A DNA stretch of 64,000 nt from positions 107,729 through 171,728 of the forward strand of contig JBBDRK010000017.1 of the NCBI GenBank assembly GCA_040905465.1, given 5' to 3'. Position 1 is the first letter of the stretch. Each line of letters opens with the position of its first letter. Shown piece by piece: positions 30,580 to 40,933 of this stretch. The notes beneath the pieces were generated by a model, which saw nothing but the letters and a program-made list of their open reading frames with translations, had not been told where the DNA came from and searched no databases. Made by a program: the position numbers and the translations under genes. The stretch comes from Trueperaceae bacterium (lineage in GTDB: Bacteria; Deinococcota; Deinococci; Deinococcales; Trueperaceae).

Positions 30580-32034
30580 TTACCAGGGACCCTCGCGCAA
30601 CGGGAGCGGATCTACCGTCCATGCCATTCGGTCGCAAAGACGCTCCAGCAACTCGGACTTGACCGCTGAGGCGGCCGGGTCGTCCCAGAGGTTGTCGAAC
30701 TCTGTTGGATCAGCGGACAGGTCGTACAGTTCTCCCTGGCCGAAGCCGTGCATCGCTACCAACTTGTGAGTCTTGCTGCGGAGCATGGTGCCGTGGGCCT
30801 GCGGATGGCTGTGAGAGGAGCGCGCGTTGTAATACTCGCAATAGACATCGTCACGGCTCGACTTTGGTGCCGATCCCGTCAGGGCCGGCCATTGCGAGTG
30901 TCCCTGCAACCCGACCGGCTGCTCTATGCCGGCGGCTTCGAAAAGTGTCGGCGCAATGTCTACGAGTTCGGTCAGATGGTCGTGCCGTTCGCCCTGCTGA
31001 ACTCTTCTGGGCCAGGAAATTATTACCGGCACGCGCACTGCCGGCTCGTAGAAGTACGGCCCCTTGAGATAGATCCCGTGATCGCCGAGCATCTCGCCGT
31101 GATCTGACATGAAGAGCACCAGAGTGTCATCGAGCTGACCAGTGCGTTGGAGCGTGTCGAGCAATCGGCCGACCTGGTCATCTATGAGGTCGATCATCGC
31201 CCAGTAGGCGGCGCGGATGAGCCGATGATCGTGATCCGTCATCTCAGGGAACGGGAAGAAGCCTTCCTTGTTGTAGGCCTTGCGGTGATCGTTGTCCTGA
31301 AAGAACGGTTTGTTGTGCAGCTCGCCAGGACGATAGTCGGGTAGGGGGATGTCCGACAGGCTTCCGAGATAACGCTCGAGATGCGACTCAGGAGGGTCGA
31401 ACGGATGGTGAGGGTCGAAGAAGTTGATCGAGAACAACCATGGCTCCGGTTGCTGCGCGTGGGCTTCGATGAAATCGATCGCCCGGTCGGCACACCACTT
31501 GCTCTGGTGGAACTCGGCCGGCACGCTTGTCTGTACGTGCCGCGAGTCTGGAAGGTTCCTGCGCTGATATTCCACCCCTTGGCCCGCCAACCAGTTCCTG
31601 TACTCATTGGCCGACCAGTACGCTTCAGAGTCGTGGGACCAGTCGAAGCTGGAGTAGCCGTCGTCGACCCTTCGTTCCATTACCGGCGCCACTGATGGAT
31701 GGCAGGCGGACAAGTGGAACTTGCCGGCCAGACCGCAGGTGTACCCGGCGTCCGCGAGCACGCGGGTTGCGAGAAGTTCATCCTCGGGAATCGATTGACC
31801 GTTCTGACGGCAGCGGGTGGTTCGAGGATAACGACCGGTAAGGAAGCTGGCTCGGCTAGGCGTGCAAATGGGGCTCTGGCTGAAGCAGGCATCGAGGCTG
31901 ACGCCGGCGTTGGCCAAGGCATCGATATTGGGGGTTCGGACGAAGCGATTCCCGTAACAGCCGAGCGAATCGAATCGTTGTTGGTCGGTGCATATCCACA
32001 GGATGTTCGGCCGGCGCTCTTCCGCTGCCGGCAT
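30580..32034 (-). CDS. Sulfatase (S1)
   Basis: RPNILWICTDQQR, CTPSRASFLTGRY, GKFH, DPHHP, SDHG. Confidence 0.93.
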   Translation of the reverse strand: MPAAEERRPNILWICTDQQRFDSLGCYGNRFVRTPNIDALANAGVSLDACFSQSPICTPSRASFLTGRYPRTTRCRQNGQSIPEDELLATRVLADAGYTCGLAGKFHLSACHPSVAPVMERRVDDGYSSFDWSHDSEAYWSANEYRNWLAGQGVEYQRRNLPDSRHVQTSVPAEFHQSKWCADRAIDFIEAHAQQPEPWLFSINFFDPHHPFDPPESHLERYLGSLSDIPLPDYRPGELHNKPFFQDNDHRKAYNKEGFFPFPEMTDHDHRLIRAAYWAMIDLIDDQVGRLLDTLQRTGQLDDTLVLFMSDHGEMLGDHGIYLKGPYFYEPAVRVPVIISWPRRVQQGERHDHLTELVDIAPTLFEAAGIEQPVGLQGHSQWPALTGSAPKSSRDDVYCEYYNARSSHSHPQAHGTMLRSKTHKLVAMHGFGQGELYDLSADPTEFDNLWDDPAASAVKSELLERLCDRMAWTVDPLPLREGPW

Positions 32035-32035
32035 G

Positions 32036-32932
32036 CTACTTGACCCCGCCCAACGTCAGTCCTTGCGCCAGCCACCGTTGCGCGAAGACACCCATGATCA
32101 TCACCGGGACGGTGAGCAGTGCCGCGGCGGCGGCAATACCGCCGAGGTTCAACTGTTCGGTGTCCATGAACTGGAAAACGGCCATTGGAAGGGTCTGGGT
32201 CTCGTTTCCGCTCAGCACCAGAACGAAGATCAGATCGTTCCACGACTGAATCAGCGCCAGTATTCCCGTGACGACCAGTCCAGGGGAGACGAGAGGAATC
32301 GCGATGCGGAGAAACGCCCCCCAGTGGGTGCAGCCGTCGATGTAAGCCTGCTCTTCGAGCTCTCGGGGAACGTCTTCGAAGAATCCGATCATGAGCCAGA
32401 TCATCAGCGGCAACACGAGAATCAGGTGGCTGATGATCAGCCCTATGTGGGTATTCCGGAGGCCCACCAGGCCGTAAACGATGAAGATCGGCAGGATGAA
32501 AACTATCGACGGCACCATGCGAACTATGAGCACGGTTATAGCGACGCGCTTCATCTTCTGGCGGCCGATGACGTAGGCAGCTGGTAGACCGATCAAGAAC
32601 GAGAAAAGGACTGAGCCGAATCCGACTATTGCACTGTTGCGAAGTTGATGGAGGAACGGCGTGTCCCTGATTATCGCCGTGTAGTTCGACAGCGTGGGCG
32701 TGAAGATGAAGGAATGGGGATCCGCGGCGATAGCCGCAGGGTTCTTCAACGACAGCACGACCATGTACACGAAGGGGAATACGAACACGATCAGTAATCC
32801 CCCGCACAGCAGGCTCCAGACGACCCTGTCCACGATCTTGGCGCGTTGCCTTCTCCTTCGGCTGGCGAGGTTCGCGGCATCGGCGGCGTGTGACAGCATG
32901 GGTACCTTTCGCTTGACGGTTTTCACAGCCAA
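32036..32932 (-). CDS. Carbohydrate ABC transporter permease
   Basis: PTLSNY, ELEEQAYIDG, SWND, GLTLGGVK. Confidence 0.92.
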   Translation of the reverse strand: MAVKTVKRKVPMLSHAADAANLASRRRRQRAKIVDRVVWSLLCGGLLIVFVFPFVYMVVLSLKNPAAIAADPHSFIFTPTLSNYTAIIRDTPFLHQLRNSAIVGFGSVLFSFLIGLPAAYVIGRQKMKRVAITVLIVRMVPSIVFILPIFIVYGLVGLRNTHIGLIISHLILVLPLMIWLMIGFFEDVPRELEEQAYIDGCTHWGAFLRIAIPLVSPGLVVTGILALIQSWNDLIFVLVLSGNETQTLPMAVFQFMDTEQLNLGGIAAAAALLTVPVMIMGVFAQRWLAQGLTLGGVK

Positions 32933-33852
32933 CTACGCTCGCGCACCCGCAACCAGATGACGCTCACCGTCAGCACCAGCAGGAGCAATGCCACCAGGGC
33001 CGCGGAGCCGTAGCCGATATCGAAGAACCGGAAGGTGAGATTGTAGCCGTAGATGTATAGCGTTTCCGAGGCCCGAAGCGGCCCTCCTCCGGTAAGCACA
33101 TAGATGAGGGGGAACTGCTTGAGCGTGTCGATGAGCATGAACAGCGCGGCAGTGGCAAGCGCCGAGCGGAGCATGGGCAAGGTCAGATAGCGGAACTTCT
33201 GCAGGGGCGATGCCCCGTCGATGTCCGCGGCCTCGAACGAGTCGAGCGGCATCGAGCGCAGGCCCGCGAGGGCGATCAGCATGGCAAAAGGCGTGCTGCG
33301 CCAGATCTGGATCATTATCAGGGTCGGCAAGACGGTCCTCGTGTCGGCAAGCCAGAGACTTGCGGGAAGACCGATAGCCTGGAGGAAGTAGTTCATTATG
33401 CCGTTCGCCGGGTTGAGCATGATGTTCCAGAGCAGGGCGATAGCCACCATCATGGTGGTGTAGGGCAGTATGAACAACACTCGAAGTACGCCGATGCCGC
33501 GGTAGTTGCGGTTGAGCAGCATGGCGAGCCCCAGGCCGAGCACGAGTGCCCCGGAGACAGAGCCCAGGCTGTACTGGATGCTACGCAACAACCCTCGCAC
33601 GAAGCGGTGGTCGGACGTCAGCATTGCGTACCACTTGAGTCCTACCCAATCGAAGTCGATAGTGTTTCCGCCGGTGCCGTAGTCACGAAGGCTCATGACC
33701 AGCAGGCTTACCAGCGGATAGAGAACGAGAGCCGAGAGGATCAGCACCGCGGGCGCAACCATCAACCAAGCGAAAATCCGGCGATCCCTGGTTAGGGAGT
33801 ACTTCCTGCCGTTGTCTGAGGCTCGATCCTGTCTCGGGGATGCTTCAATCAT
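32923..33852 (-). CDS. Carbohydrate ABC transporter permease
   Basis: FEAADIDGAS..QKFRYLTLP, TGGGP..ASET. Confidence 0.92.
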   Translation of the reverse strand: MIEASPRQDRASDNGRKYSLTRDRRIFAWLMVAPAVLILSALVLYPLVSLLVMSLRDYGTGGNTIDFDWVGLKWYAMLTSDHRFVRGLLRSIQYSLGSVSGALVLGLGLAMLLNRNYRGIGVLRVLFILPYTTMMVAIALLWNIMLNPANGIMNYFLQAIGLPASLWLADTRTVLPTLIMIQIWRSTPFAMLIALAGLRSMPLDSFEAADIDGASPLQKFRYLTLPMLRSALATAALFMLIDTLKQFPLIYVLTGGGPLRASETLYIYGYNLTFRFFDIGYGSAALVALLLLVLTVSVIWLRVRERSWL

Positions 33853-33990
33853 GAGCGCTCTCTGTGCTTCAGCACAAGAATTGGATTCACGGGGAACGTG
33901 CGACTGAATTCGCGTAGCGGGAGTCGGAGGCCCTCGCTGCTACCCGGACTCCGGCCATGGCCCTTCGCGTCAGGCGCCTCGGTTGCAAGG

Positions 33991-34027
33991 TGCCTGGGTC
34001 CGGCTCGGCAGGATCCGAACCCAGGCA
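33991..34027 (-). terminator. Post-SBP stem-loop
   Basis: TGCCTGGGTCCGG...CCGAACCCAGGCA, 13-bp stem with one mismatch. Confidence 0.45.
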
Positions 34028-34040
34028 GGTACAGCAAGTG

Positions 34041-35381
34041 CTATTGACGGGCCTTGAGCATCTCGAGTTCCTCTTGGGCGTTTCGAGCGGCCGCCTCGAC
34101 ATTCCCGCCAAGAATCGCCGTCACGACTACTTCGCCGATAATGTCGCGAGCACGCCCTTGGTCCACGATCGAGGGTGGCGCGAACTCAGGTGTCTTGTAG
34201 CAGGTGGTCTCGTTGGCTTCGAACAGAACGTCCCAATACGCGGACAGATTCTCGCTTCGATAGTCTTCGAACTCTTCACTGAAGAACGCGGAATCCCTTG
34301 CCGCCGGCCGACCGCTCTTCAGGTATGCGATCTGAGCTTCGGTCGAGGTGGCCCATTGGATGAAGTACCAGGCCGCCTCTTTCTGGGTGGAAAAGGACGA
34401 CATCGAGAGCGACCAGATGGCCGGAAGCTTGCACGGCTCGTTGCTTCTGGCCTCTGTGCCTCCCGGGCCCACCGGCAAGGGAGCAAAGCCGATGTGATCG
34501 CCGATTACCGACAGTTCGGGATCGAGTGCGCGACCAGCATTGACCGACCGCTCGATTGTGAAGGCCGCCCGGCCGCCCAGGAAGATCGCGTTGCTGTCCG
34601 GCCAAGGCATGTTGGCAGCGCCCGGCGGACCGTATTCACGCAAGACATCGCCGTACCACTTGAAGGCGGCGATGGCCTCAGGAGTGTCTATTGTGGGATT
34701 CCCGTTCTCGTCTTCCCAGGCTCCGCCGAACTCGGCCAGATGAACCGCGAAGTGTGATGTGGTCTGCGACCCCCGCCCGCGCAGCGTTATGCCGTAGACG
34801 TCGTCGGGCGTTCCTTCGTGAGCCTCTGCGATCGCCTTGTTGAGTTCATCGTAGGTCTTCGGCACTTCGATGCCGAGCTCGTCCAAGATATCTTTGCGAT
34901 ATGACAGGAAAGCAGCCACCTGGCGGTCGACAGGAATGCCAACGATTTGACCGTCGATGATTACTCCGTCGACGGTCGCATGCATGAAGTCATCCGGCCA
35001 GCCGAGTTCGGGGCTGCTCAGGCTGGGATCGGCGATGTAACGGTCGAGTGGTTCGTACCAGTTGTTGTCGACGAACATACGCCCGAAGCGGCTCGGCTCC
35101 CCCCAGAAGACATCGAGGTCCGAACTACCGGCCTGCAGTTCGACACGAACTCGGTCGCGACTTTGGTCTTCAGGCAGGACTTCGAGGTCGACGGAGATTC
35201 CGGTGAGTTCCTCGAACTCCGGAATGAGCGGTTCGATCGTTCTGGCAAATATGTTCTGGGTCAGTTGGACATCGATCGATTGGCCTTCGTGTGCCCGCCA
35301 ATCGAATTCTGTCTGTGCGAGAGCCGCATTGCAGATAACGGCGACGAGGATGAGAAGCAGCATGTGCATGTGCCTTTTCAT
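34041..35381 (-). CDS. Carbohydrate ABC transporter substrate-binding protein
   Basis: Signal peptide ALA-Q; IPEFEELTGI, YRKDIL, VPKTYDE, KEAAWYFIQWATS. Confidence 0.92.
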   Translation of the reverse strand: MKRHMHMLLLILVAVICNAALAQTEFDWRAHEGQSIDVQLTQNIFARTIEPLIPEFEELTGISVDLEVLPEDQSRDRVRVELQAGSSDLDVFWGEPSRFGRMFVDNNWYEPLDRYIADPSLSSPELGWPDDFMHATVDGVIIDGQIVGIPVDRQVAAFLSYRKDILDELGIEVPKTYDELNKAIAEAHEGTPDDVYGITLRGRGSQTTSHFAVHLAEFGGAWEDENGNPTIDTPEAIAAFKWYGDVLREYGPPGAANMPWPDSNAIFLGGRAAFTIERSVNAGRALDPELSVIGDHIGFAPLPVGPGGTEARSNEPCKLPAIWSLSMSSFSTQKEAAWYFIQWATSTEAQIAYLKSGRPAARDSAFFSEEFEDYRSENLSAYWDVLFEANETTCYKTPEFAPPSIVDQGRARDIIGEVVVTAILGGNVEAAARNAQEELEMLKARQ

Positions 35382-35632
35382 TGATTATCCTTTCGGTCGG
35401 CATGACCTGAGCGTCGCAAGTGATGGGGAGCCTTGGTTGCTCCAGTGCTGCTCGGTTGGGAACGGTTGCCTCAGCATCATTCGAGTGCTTCAACGCTGAA
35501 GATCACCTGTTCGGAGCTACGGGCCGGCAATGTTGGCCGGCATGACAGGCTTTGCGCTTCGACTCCTTTCTGCGATGAGTGACTGCGTGTGATTGGCGGC
35601 GGGAGATCGGCGGACGCGAGGTCCGGACGTGG

Positions 35633-36856
35633 TCATAAGTCGTAACTTCCGGGAATTCGACGTTCGGAAGATTTTGAGCCCTCCTTGAGAAGCAGTAGGT
35701 GGTTGGGCGCCAGCGACTCATAGAGCGGAATCGTGGCGAGACCCAGGGCCGCGGCGTTCTCGTCCGAGCGCGCGCACAGCAAACGTGGTCGGTCGGGTCT
35801 CGTCGGTGCACTCAGTAGCTGCAGCTCGTCATCAACCCTTACCAGGACGTCGTTCATGATTAGCCTGGGAAGTCGGCCGCCGAAGATCATTGCTTGCGGA
35901 TCGAGCAGGTACTCGATAGAGAGCAGTGCCGGCGCCAGGGAGGCAGCAGCGCGCTCCAGCCACTCGAGCAGCGTCTTGTCTCGCTGGTCGTAAAGAGACT
36001 CGAGCACAGCCGTGTCGACGTCCCCAACGCCATGCGAAGCCATATAGCTTCTGAGTGATCCAAGAGAGAAAACGTCCTTGAGCGGAGTAATTTTACGTTC
36101 GCCACCCGATCTACTGCAGGTGTCGATCGGAATATCGCCGAACTTGCCTGCCGATCGCGTGGCGCCCTGGTGGAGCCGCCCGTCCGTTATGACACCACTG
36201 CCCAAGCCGATGCCGAAGAAGACGTAGAAAAACGACCTGAGTTCCCGACCCGCTCCGTACCAGTACTCGCCGATGGCAGCGGCGTTGGCGTTACGTTCGA
36301 GGAACGTGGGTAGTCCGAATTTCTGCTCGAGCGGCTCGAGGACTGAAACGTTGGTCCACTCCAGCAGGTCGTCGGGCAACTGCACGGTTCGCTCTTCGAG
36401 ATGCAGAGGACCGGGCACCCCGATTGCGACACCCCACAACTTTTCACGCTTGACTTGCCCGCCGAAGCGGCTGACTATCTCCTCCATGAGTGGAAGAACG
36501 GTTTGCGGAACCGGCCGTTCAAGCTCGTATTGAACGTGATCTAGCATGGCTCCGCCAAGATCGACGAGCACTCCTGTCAGAAGATCCCTGTCGAGATTCA
36601 GCCCGATAGAGAATGCGCCTCCCGGATTTATCTGGATGTCGAGGGACGGCGAACCGCGTTTACCCTGGCGACGTTCGCCAGTTATTACGAGACCGCGCTC
36701 GATGAGTTCCTGAATGATGTTTGCAACGGTCTGGAAGGCCAGAGATGTTTTCTGAGAGATCTCCATCCGCGACAGAGGGCCGTACCGTCGAATCGTTTCC
36801 AGAACGATTCGACGGTTGTAACCCCGCGCATACTCCAAGTTTGTTCCGCGCGGCAT
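35633..36856 (-). CDS. ROK family transcriptional regulator
   Basis: NRRIVLETIRRYGPLSR HTH, GVPGP, ERNANAAAIGE, GIGLGSG; ATG at 36856 (TTG at 36892 possible). Confidence 0.92.
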   Translation of the reverse strand: MPRGTNLEYARGYNRRIVLETIRRYGPLSRMEISQKTSLAFQTVANIIQELIERGLVITGERRQGKRGSPSLDIQINPGGAFSIGLNLDRDLLTGVLVDLGGAMLDHVQYELERPVPQTVLPLMEEIVSRFGGQVKREKLWGVAIGVPGPLHLEERTVQLPDDLLEWTNVSVLEPLEQKFGLPTFLERNANAAAIGEYWYGAGRELRSFFYVFFGIGLGSGVITDGRLHQGATRSAGKFGDIPIDTCSRSGGERKITPLKDVFSLGSLRSYMASHGVGDVDTAVLESLYDQRDKTLLEWLERAAASLAPALLSIEYLLDPQAMIFGGRLPRLIMNDVLVRVDDELQLLSAPTRPDRPRLLCARSDENAAALGLATIPLYESLAPNHLLLLKEGSKSSERRIPGSYDL

Positions 36857-36906
36857 AAGGCCCTTTCCTGGATCTCCCGTGCGAACTTCCAAAGCTGTGA
36901 TGAGGT

Positions 36907-36941
36907 ATATTAATTCAAGTTGACAGAAGAAGTCAATTCAA
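36907..36941. promoter_or_regulatory. Divergent promoter/operator region of ROK and sulfatase genes
   Basis: Minus strand TTGACT-18-TAATAT; TTGAC-N7-GTCAA palindrome at 36920-36936; AATTCAA repeated. Confidence 0.5.
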
Positions 36942-36990
36942 CCGGCTCCAAGCCATTGTTGCCCCGCCAATCTCGAGTGGAAGTGACGCC

Positions 36991-38424
36991 ATGACGCCGA
37001 GGAAGCCCAATATTCTATGGATTTGCAGCGATCAACAACGCTTCGATACCGTCAACGCACTGGGCAATCCGCACATTCACACTCCGCACCTGGATCGCCT
37101 TGTCGAACGGGGTGTGTCGTTCGAACGCGCATACGCCCAGTCGCCTGTCTGCACTCCGAGTCGGGCGAGCTTTTTGACAGGCCGCTATCCCAGTTCAGTC
37201 AAAGTGAATCGCAACGGAATCCCGTCTTTCCCGTCCGACGCCGTGCTGGTAACCCGCCTGCTCGCCGACGCCGGATACGACTGCGGGCTCATCGGAAAGC
37301 TTCACCTGGCCAGTGCATACAAACGCGTCGAACCGAGGGCCGACGACGGCTATAGCTACTGGCGTTACAGCCATGCGCCGCGAGACGATTGGCCCACGGG
37401 CCACGATTATGCCGATTGGGTCCGAGAGAGGGGACACGATCTGGATGAACTCCGGTTGGGGTCCGAGGGCATACCCTCGGAACTGCACCAGACGAACTGG
37501 TGTGCTGACAGGACGATCGAGTTCATTCGGCAGAGGCGCAGCGCTCCATGGTTGGCGAGCGTCAACTTCTATGATCCTCATCCACCTTTCGATCCGCCCA
37601 CGAAGTATTCCGATATGTATGATGCCACTGCGCTTCCCGGGCCCGCCTTCCGCGAGAGCGATCTGTCCGAGCAGGCCAGGCTGGCAGGCGTGGACTTCCA
37701 GGGCCGGGCGCGCCCGCCTCATGCCTTGGACCTCAAAGACCCGCTGGCGACCGACGACGGGCCGGGCGCAGCGCCCGGCGCCCAGGATTTGAAGGCGGCA
37801 TACTACGCCATGATCACCTTCATCGATGAGCAGATCGGTCGCATATTTGCGGCTCTCGAGGAGTCCGGTGAACTCGACGACACACTGGTGATCTTCATGA
37901 GTGACCATGGGGAAATGCTCGGCGATCACGGACTCGTTCAAAAGGGCTGCCGGTTCTACGAGGGGCTGGTTAGGGTGCCGCTCATTGTGTCCTGGCCGAG
38001 ACAGCTGAGGCGGGACGTGAGAAGTGAGGCGCTCGTCGAGTTGGTCGATCTGGCACCGACTCTCCTGGACCTTACTCGGTCGCCGGTCCCGGACTCGATG
38101 CAGGGCAGGTCGCTTGCCCCAATTCTTCGCGGTGTGGTGCCACCCCAAACTCATCGAACGTCGGTCCGCTGCGAGTACTACGATGCACTCGATCTTCCGG
38201 GCGCGTCGATGGGTACCATGTGGTGCAACGGTCGCTACAAGGTAGTGGTGTATCACGGGCACGACCACGGCGAGTTGTACGACCTCCAAGACGACCCGAA
38301 CGAATTCGTGAATCTCTGGGCGGTACCCTCTGCCCAGTCGCTCAAGTGCGATTTGGTGAGGCAGAGCTTCGATGCGAGCGTGTCCAGCCTTGACCTCGGC
38401 GCTGCACGTATCGGGCCGATGTAA
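36991..38424 (+). CDS. Sulfatase (S1)
   Basis: KPNILWICSDQQR, CTPSRASFLTGRY, GKLH, DPHPP, SDHG. Confidence 0.93.
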   Translation: MTPRKPNILWICSDQQRFDTVNALGNPHIHTPHLDRLVERGVSFERAYAQSPVCTPSRASFLTGRYPSSVKVNRNGIPSFPSDAVLVTRLLADAGYDCGLIGKLHLASAYKRVEPRADDGYSYWRYSHAPRDDWPTGHDYADWVRERGHDLDELRLGSEGIPSELHQTNWCADRTIEFIRQRRSAPWLASVNFYDPHPPFDPPTKYSDMYDATALPGPAFRESDLSEQARLAGVDFQGRARPPHALDLKDPLATDDGPGAAPGAQDLKAAYYAMITFIDEQIGRIFAALEESGELDDTLVIFMSDHGEMLGDHGLVQKGCRFYEGLVRVPLIVSWPRQLRRDVRSEALVELVDLAPTLLDLTRSPVPDSMQGRSLAPILRGVVPPQTHRTSVRCEYYDALDLPGASMGTMWCNGRYKVVVYHGHDHGELYDLQDDPNEFVNLWAVPSAQSLKCDLVRQSFDASVSSLDLGAARIGPM

Positions 38425-38479
38425 TTGATGCCCGCTTGGCGCTCGACCTCGCCCGTGTACTTGGCCATCTATCCACAAC

Positions 38480-38956
38480 TCAGTCGATCCGGTAGGTGCC
38501 CACCAGCCGGTTCATGCCCAGGATGTGCGGCTCCACCTTCTGCAGAAAGTTCGACAGTTCGAAACCAGGATCCAGGTTCAGCTCTCGCTCGAGTGCCAGC
38601 AACCAGAAGTAGTAGTGGTGGGTGCCGTGGCCTGCGGGCGGCTTAGGCCCGCCGTAGCCGTTCCGGCCGAAGTCGTTGTGCCCCATCACGCCCAGTTCGG
38701 TCCGTTCGTCCAGGCCGGTCGTATCGGGGGAAAGGCCGTACAACAGCCAGTGCACGAAGCCGTAACTGCCGGATTTGACCAGTGGTGCATCCGGGTCGTG
38801 GCAGATCAACGCGAATGAAGCTGCTTCGGCCGGTGCACCTTCCCAGGCGAGCGGCGGCGATACGTCTTCGCCCTCGCCGGTGTGGCGGGCCGGAATCCGG
38901 CCGTGGGGTTCGAAGGCCGTACTGGTGAGCTTCATATCGGACAGTGCAAAACCCAT
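38480..38956 (-). CDS. YbhB/YbcL family (PEBP/Raf kinase inhibitor-like) protein
   Basis: DVSPPLAW, CHDPDAP, FVHW, YGGPKPP, HHYYFWLLAL. Confidence 0.92.
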   Translation of the reverse strand: MGFALSDMKLTSTAFEPHGRIPARHTGEGEDVSPPLAWEGAPAEAASFALICHDPDAPLVKSGSYGFVHWLLYGLSPDTTGLDERTELGVMGHNDFGRNGYGGPKPPAGHGTHHYYFWLLALERELNLDPGFELSNFLQKVEPHILGMNRLVGTYRID

Positions 38957-39287
38957 GGATGCCTACCTCCTGCTTCGCGTGAACACCATCGTAGCCGGTG
39001 CTGGAACCGGCGCCGGCCACGAACGAGCCTAGCCGTCGCAGCTACGGCTTGCCGTAAGCTCTGACATGCATTAGCAGTGCGCCCCGTCCTTTGGGCCCGC
39101 CCGGCGACGTACCCACGCCGTTGTGAGCGGCATCGACGCGCCGCGGGCTTGGGAGGAGGAGCTTTCGAATTGGCAGTGCTCGTGTTGGATATTGTCGGGG
39201 CGACGTCGGCGGCGCTGCGCTCTGGACAGAGTGGTGTCGAACAATCGGTGGAACGAGAGGCGGGGGATACAAGTTCACAGCAAATCA

Positions 39288-40709
39288 TTGAAAGTCGGTA
39301 TCGCTGGAATCCATCTCGAGACGGCAGCCTTTAACCCGATTGAGACCCGGCGGGACGCCTTCCATGTGAGTCTGGGCTTCGACATGTTGCGGTGTGTTGA
39401 GCTTCCGGAAATCGACGCCGTCGCAGGAATCGAATTCGCACCGTTGTACTACGCGAGGGCCCGTCCCGGTGGAGCAGTTTCCCAAGCAACTTTCGTGGAA
39501 CTCCTCGAAGGCCTCATCGCTCGGCTCCACCGCATAGGGCCGCTCGACGGCCTACTGTTAGCGCAGCACGGCGGACTTCGGGCCGAGGGCGTGGCGGATG
39601 CTGAGGCCGCTATTGTATTGGCGTGCCGACAGGTGCTCAGGCCCAACGTACCGATTGTTGCGACCTATGATCCTCACGGAGACCCGGGCGAGAAGGCTAT
39701 CTCGGCGCTGGACGGCGCATGCGCCTATTGGACAGCACCACACGTCGACATAGGTGCCACGAGGCGCCGAGCACTAAGCTTGCTTAGGCACGTGATCGTG
39801 GAACCCAGAGGGCAAGCCGTACGGACATGGCAAACACCGCTGTCGCTGGTGGGCTCGATGGCGGAAGGCGAGTCTGGGGCAGCGGGCGATACCTTTCGAG
39901 ACGTGGCGCAGGTTGCCGAACGTGTCGGCGTGATCGATGCATCGGTGCTGATGGGGAGTCCGTGGCTCGAAGGTCGGCCAAACGTCCTGACTCACCTCGT
40001 AATTGCAACGAGTATGGTTGTCGCGGATCGATCGGTCCGCGAGCTTGGTGCGGCGGCGTGGGAGCGGCGTGCCGCATACCGCCACCGTTATCCCGTCGTC
40101 GATTCGATCAGCGATCTACAGAAGGTCGTTCACCACGCCGGTTCGGCCAGTACCCGCGGGCCCGTATGGTTACTCGATGCCGGGGACGCGGTGGGCGCGG
40201 GCGGCGTGGGCGATCGATTCGACCTGACCCTTGCCCTGATCGACGCTGATTTGAGGGACGGCCTGGTAACGGGCATAGTCGCCCCGCGGCTGCTGGAGAG
40301 ATGCGTAGAAGCGGGCGAGGGAACATTCTTCGAAACAACGGTCGGGCCAGAACTAGCGCCTTCATCCATCCCGGCCGGTGTTAAGCGCACGGTAGGTGTG
40401 ACGGTCAGGCGTATTCTCCCGCACGCGTCCGTCAGGGAAAAGGTCAACTGCGCGGGATTGGGGCACGGTCGATCGAGGCAGGTCCTTCTCGATGTCGAGG
40501 GGATGTGCTTGTTGATTGGGGAGTTCAGGCGGAGCATCGATGACTCGGACGAGATGATTGCGGATGGCATCGACCCCCAGCGATACGCATTCGTTGCGGT
40601 CAAGTCGACGCGCCCACCCGCAGGAGTTGGAGCCCGTAGCCCCGTGTTGCTTGTTTCTACTATGGGCGCGACCGACCATGACCTGGGCCGACTTGTTCAA
40701 TCGGTCTGA
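39288..40709 (+). CDS. M81 family metallopeptidase (MlrC-like), divergent; start uncertain
   Basis: IAGIHLETAAF, DGLLLAQHG, YDPHG, PHVD, DAGDAVGAGGVGD, VAVKS. Confidence 0.8.
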   Translation: MKVGIAGIHLETAAFNPIETRRDAFHVSLGFDMLRCVELPEIDAVAGIEFAPLYYARARPGGAVSQATFVELLEGLIARLHRIGPLDGLLLAQHGGLRAEGVADAEAAIVLACRQVLRPNVPIVATYDPHGDPGEKAISALDGACAYWTAPHVDIGATRRRALSLLRHVIVEPRGQAVRTWQTPLSLVGSMAEGESGAAGDTFRDVAQVAERVGVIDASVLMGSPWLEGRPNVLTHLVIATSMVVADRSVRELGAAAWERRAAYRHRYPVVDSISDLQKVVHHAGSASTRGPVWLLDAGDAVGAGGVGDRFDLTLALIDADLRDGLVTGIVAPRLLERCVEAGEGTFFETTVGPELAPSSIPAGVKRTVGVTVRRILPHASVREKVNCAGLGHGRSRQVLLDVEGMCLLIGEFRRSIDDSDEMIADGIDPQRYAFVAVKSTRPPAGVGARSPVLLVSTMGATDHDLGRLVQSV

Positions 40710-40836
40710 AGCGGCGGAGCAGAGCGAGCTTGCGAAGTATTGCAGGATGCGATTGGCAAGAACCAGAGCAACCCTTTGGCAGGAGGGACCGATATGCGGG
40801 GAGGGGGTTGGCAACAGCTCTCGAGGCCGCTACACT

Positions 40837-40855
40837 CAGTGAAACGGGATTTCAA
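40837..40855 (+). promoter_or_regulatory. Candidate IclR operator (copy 1)
   Basis: CAGTGAAACGGGATTTCAA, 16/19 identical to the site upstream of iclR. Confidence 0.55.
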
Positions 40856-40933
40856 TTATCCGTCGGAGTTCGCTAAACGAATGAGTTGAGTCGTCGTTTA
40901 GCGCCTGCAGAGGTACGAGGAGGCCCCGAGGTA

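Noticed and set aside
38960-39280. Possible ncRNA or riboswitch in the GC-rich intergenic region
   Set aside because: Only short 6-7 bp stems and no family consensus I recognise; an Rfam/Infernal search would be needed.
39288-40709. Microcystin degradation (mlr) cluster
   Set aside because: Only an M81 family member; no mlrA/B/D-like neighbours.
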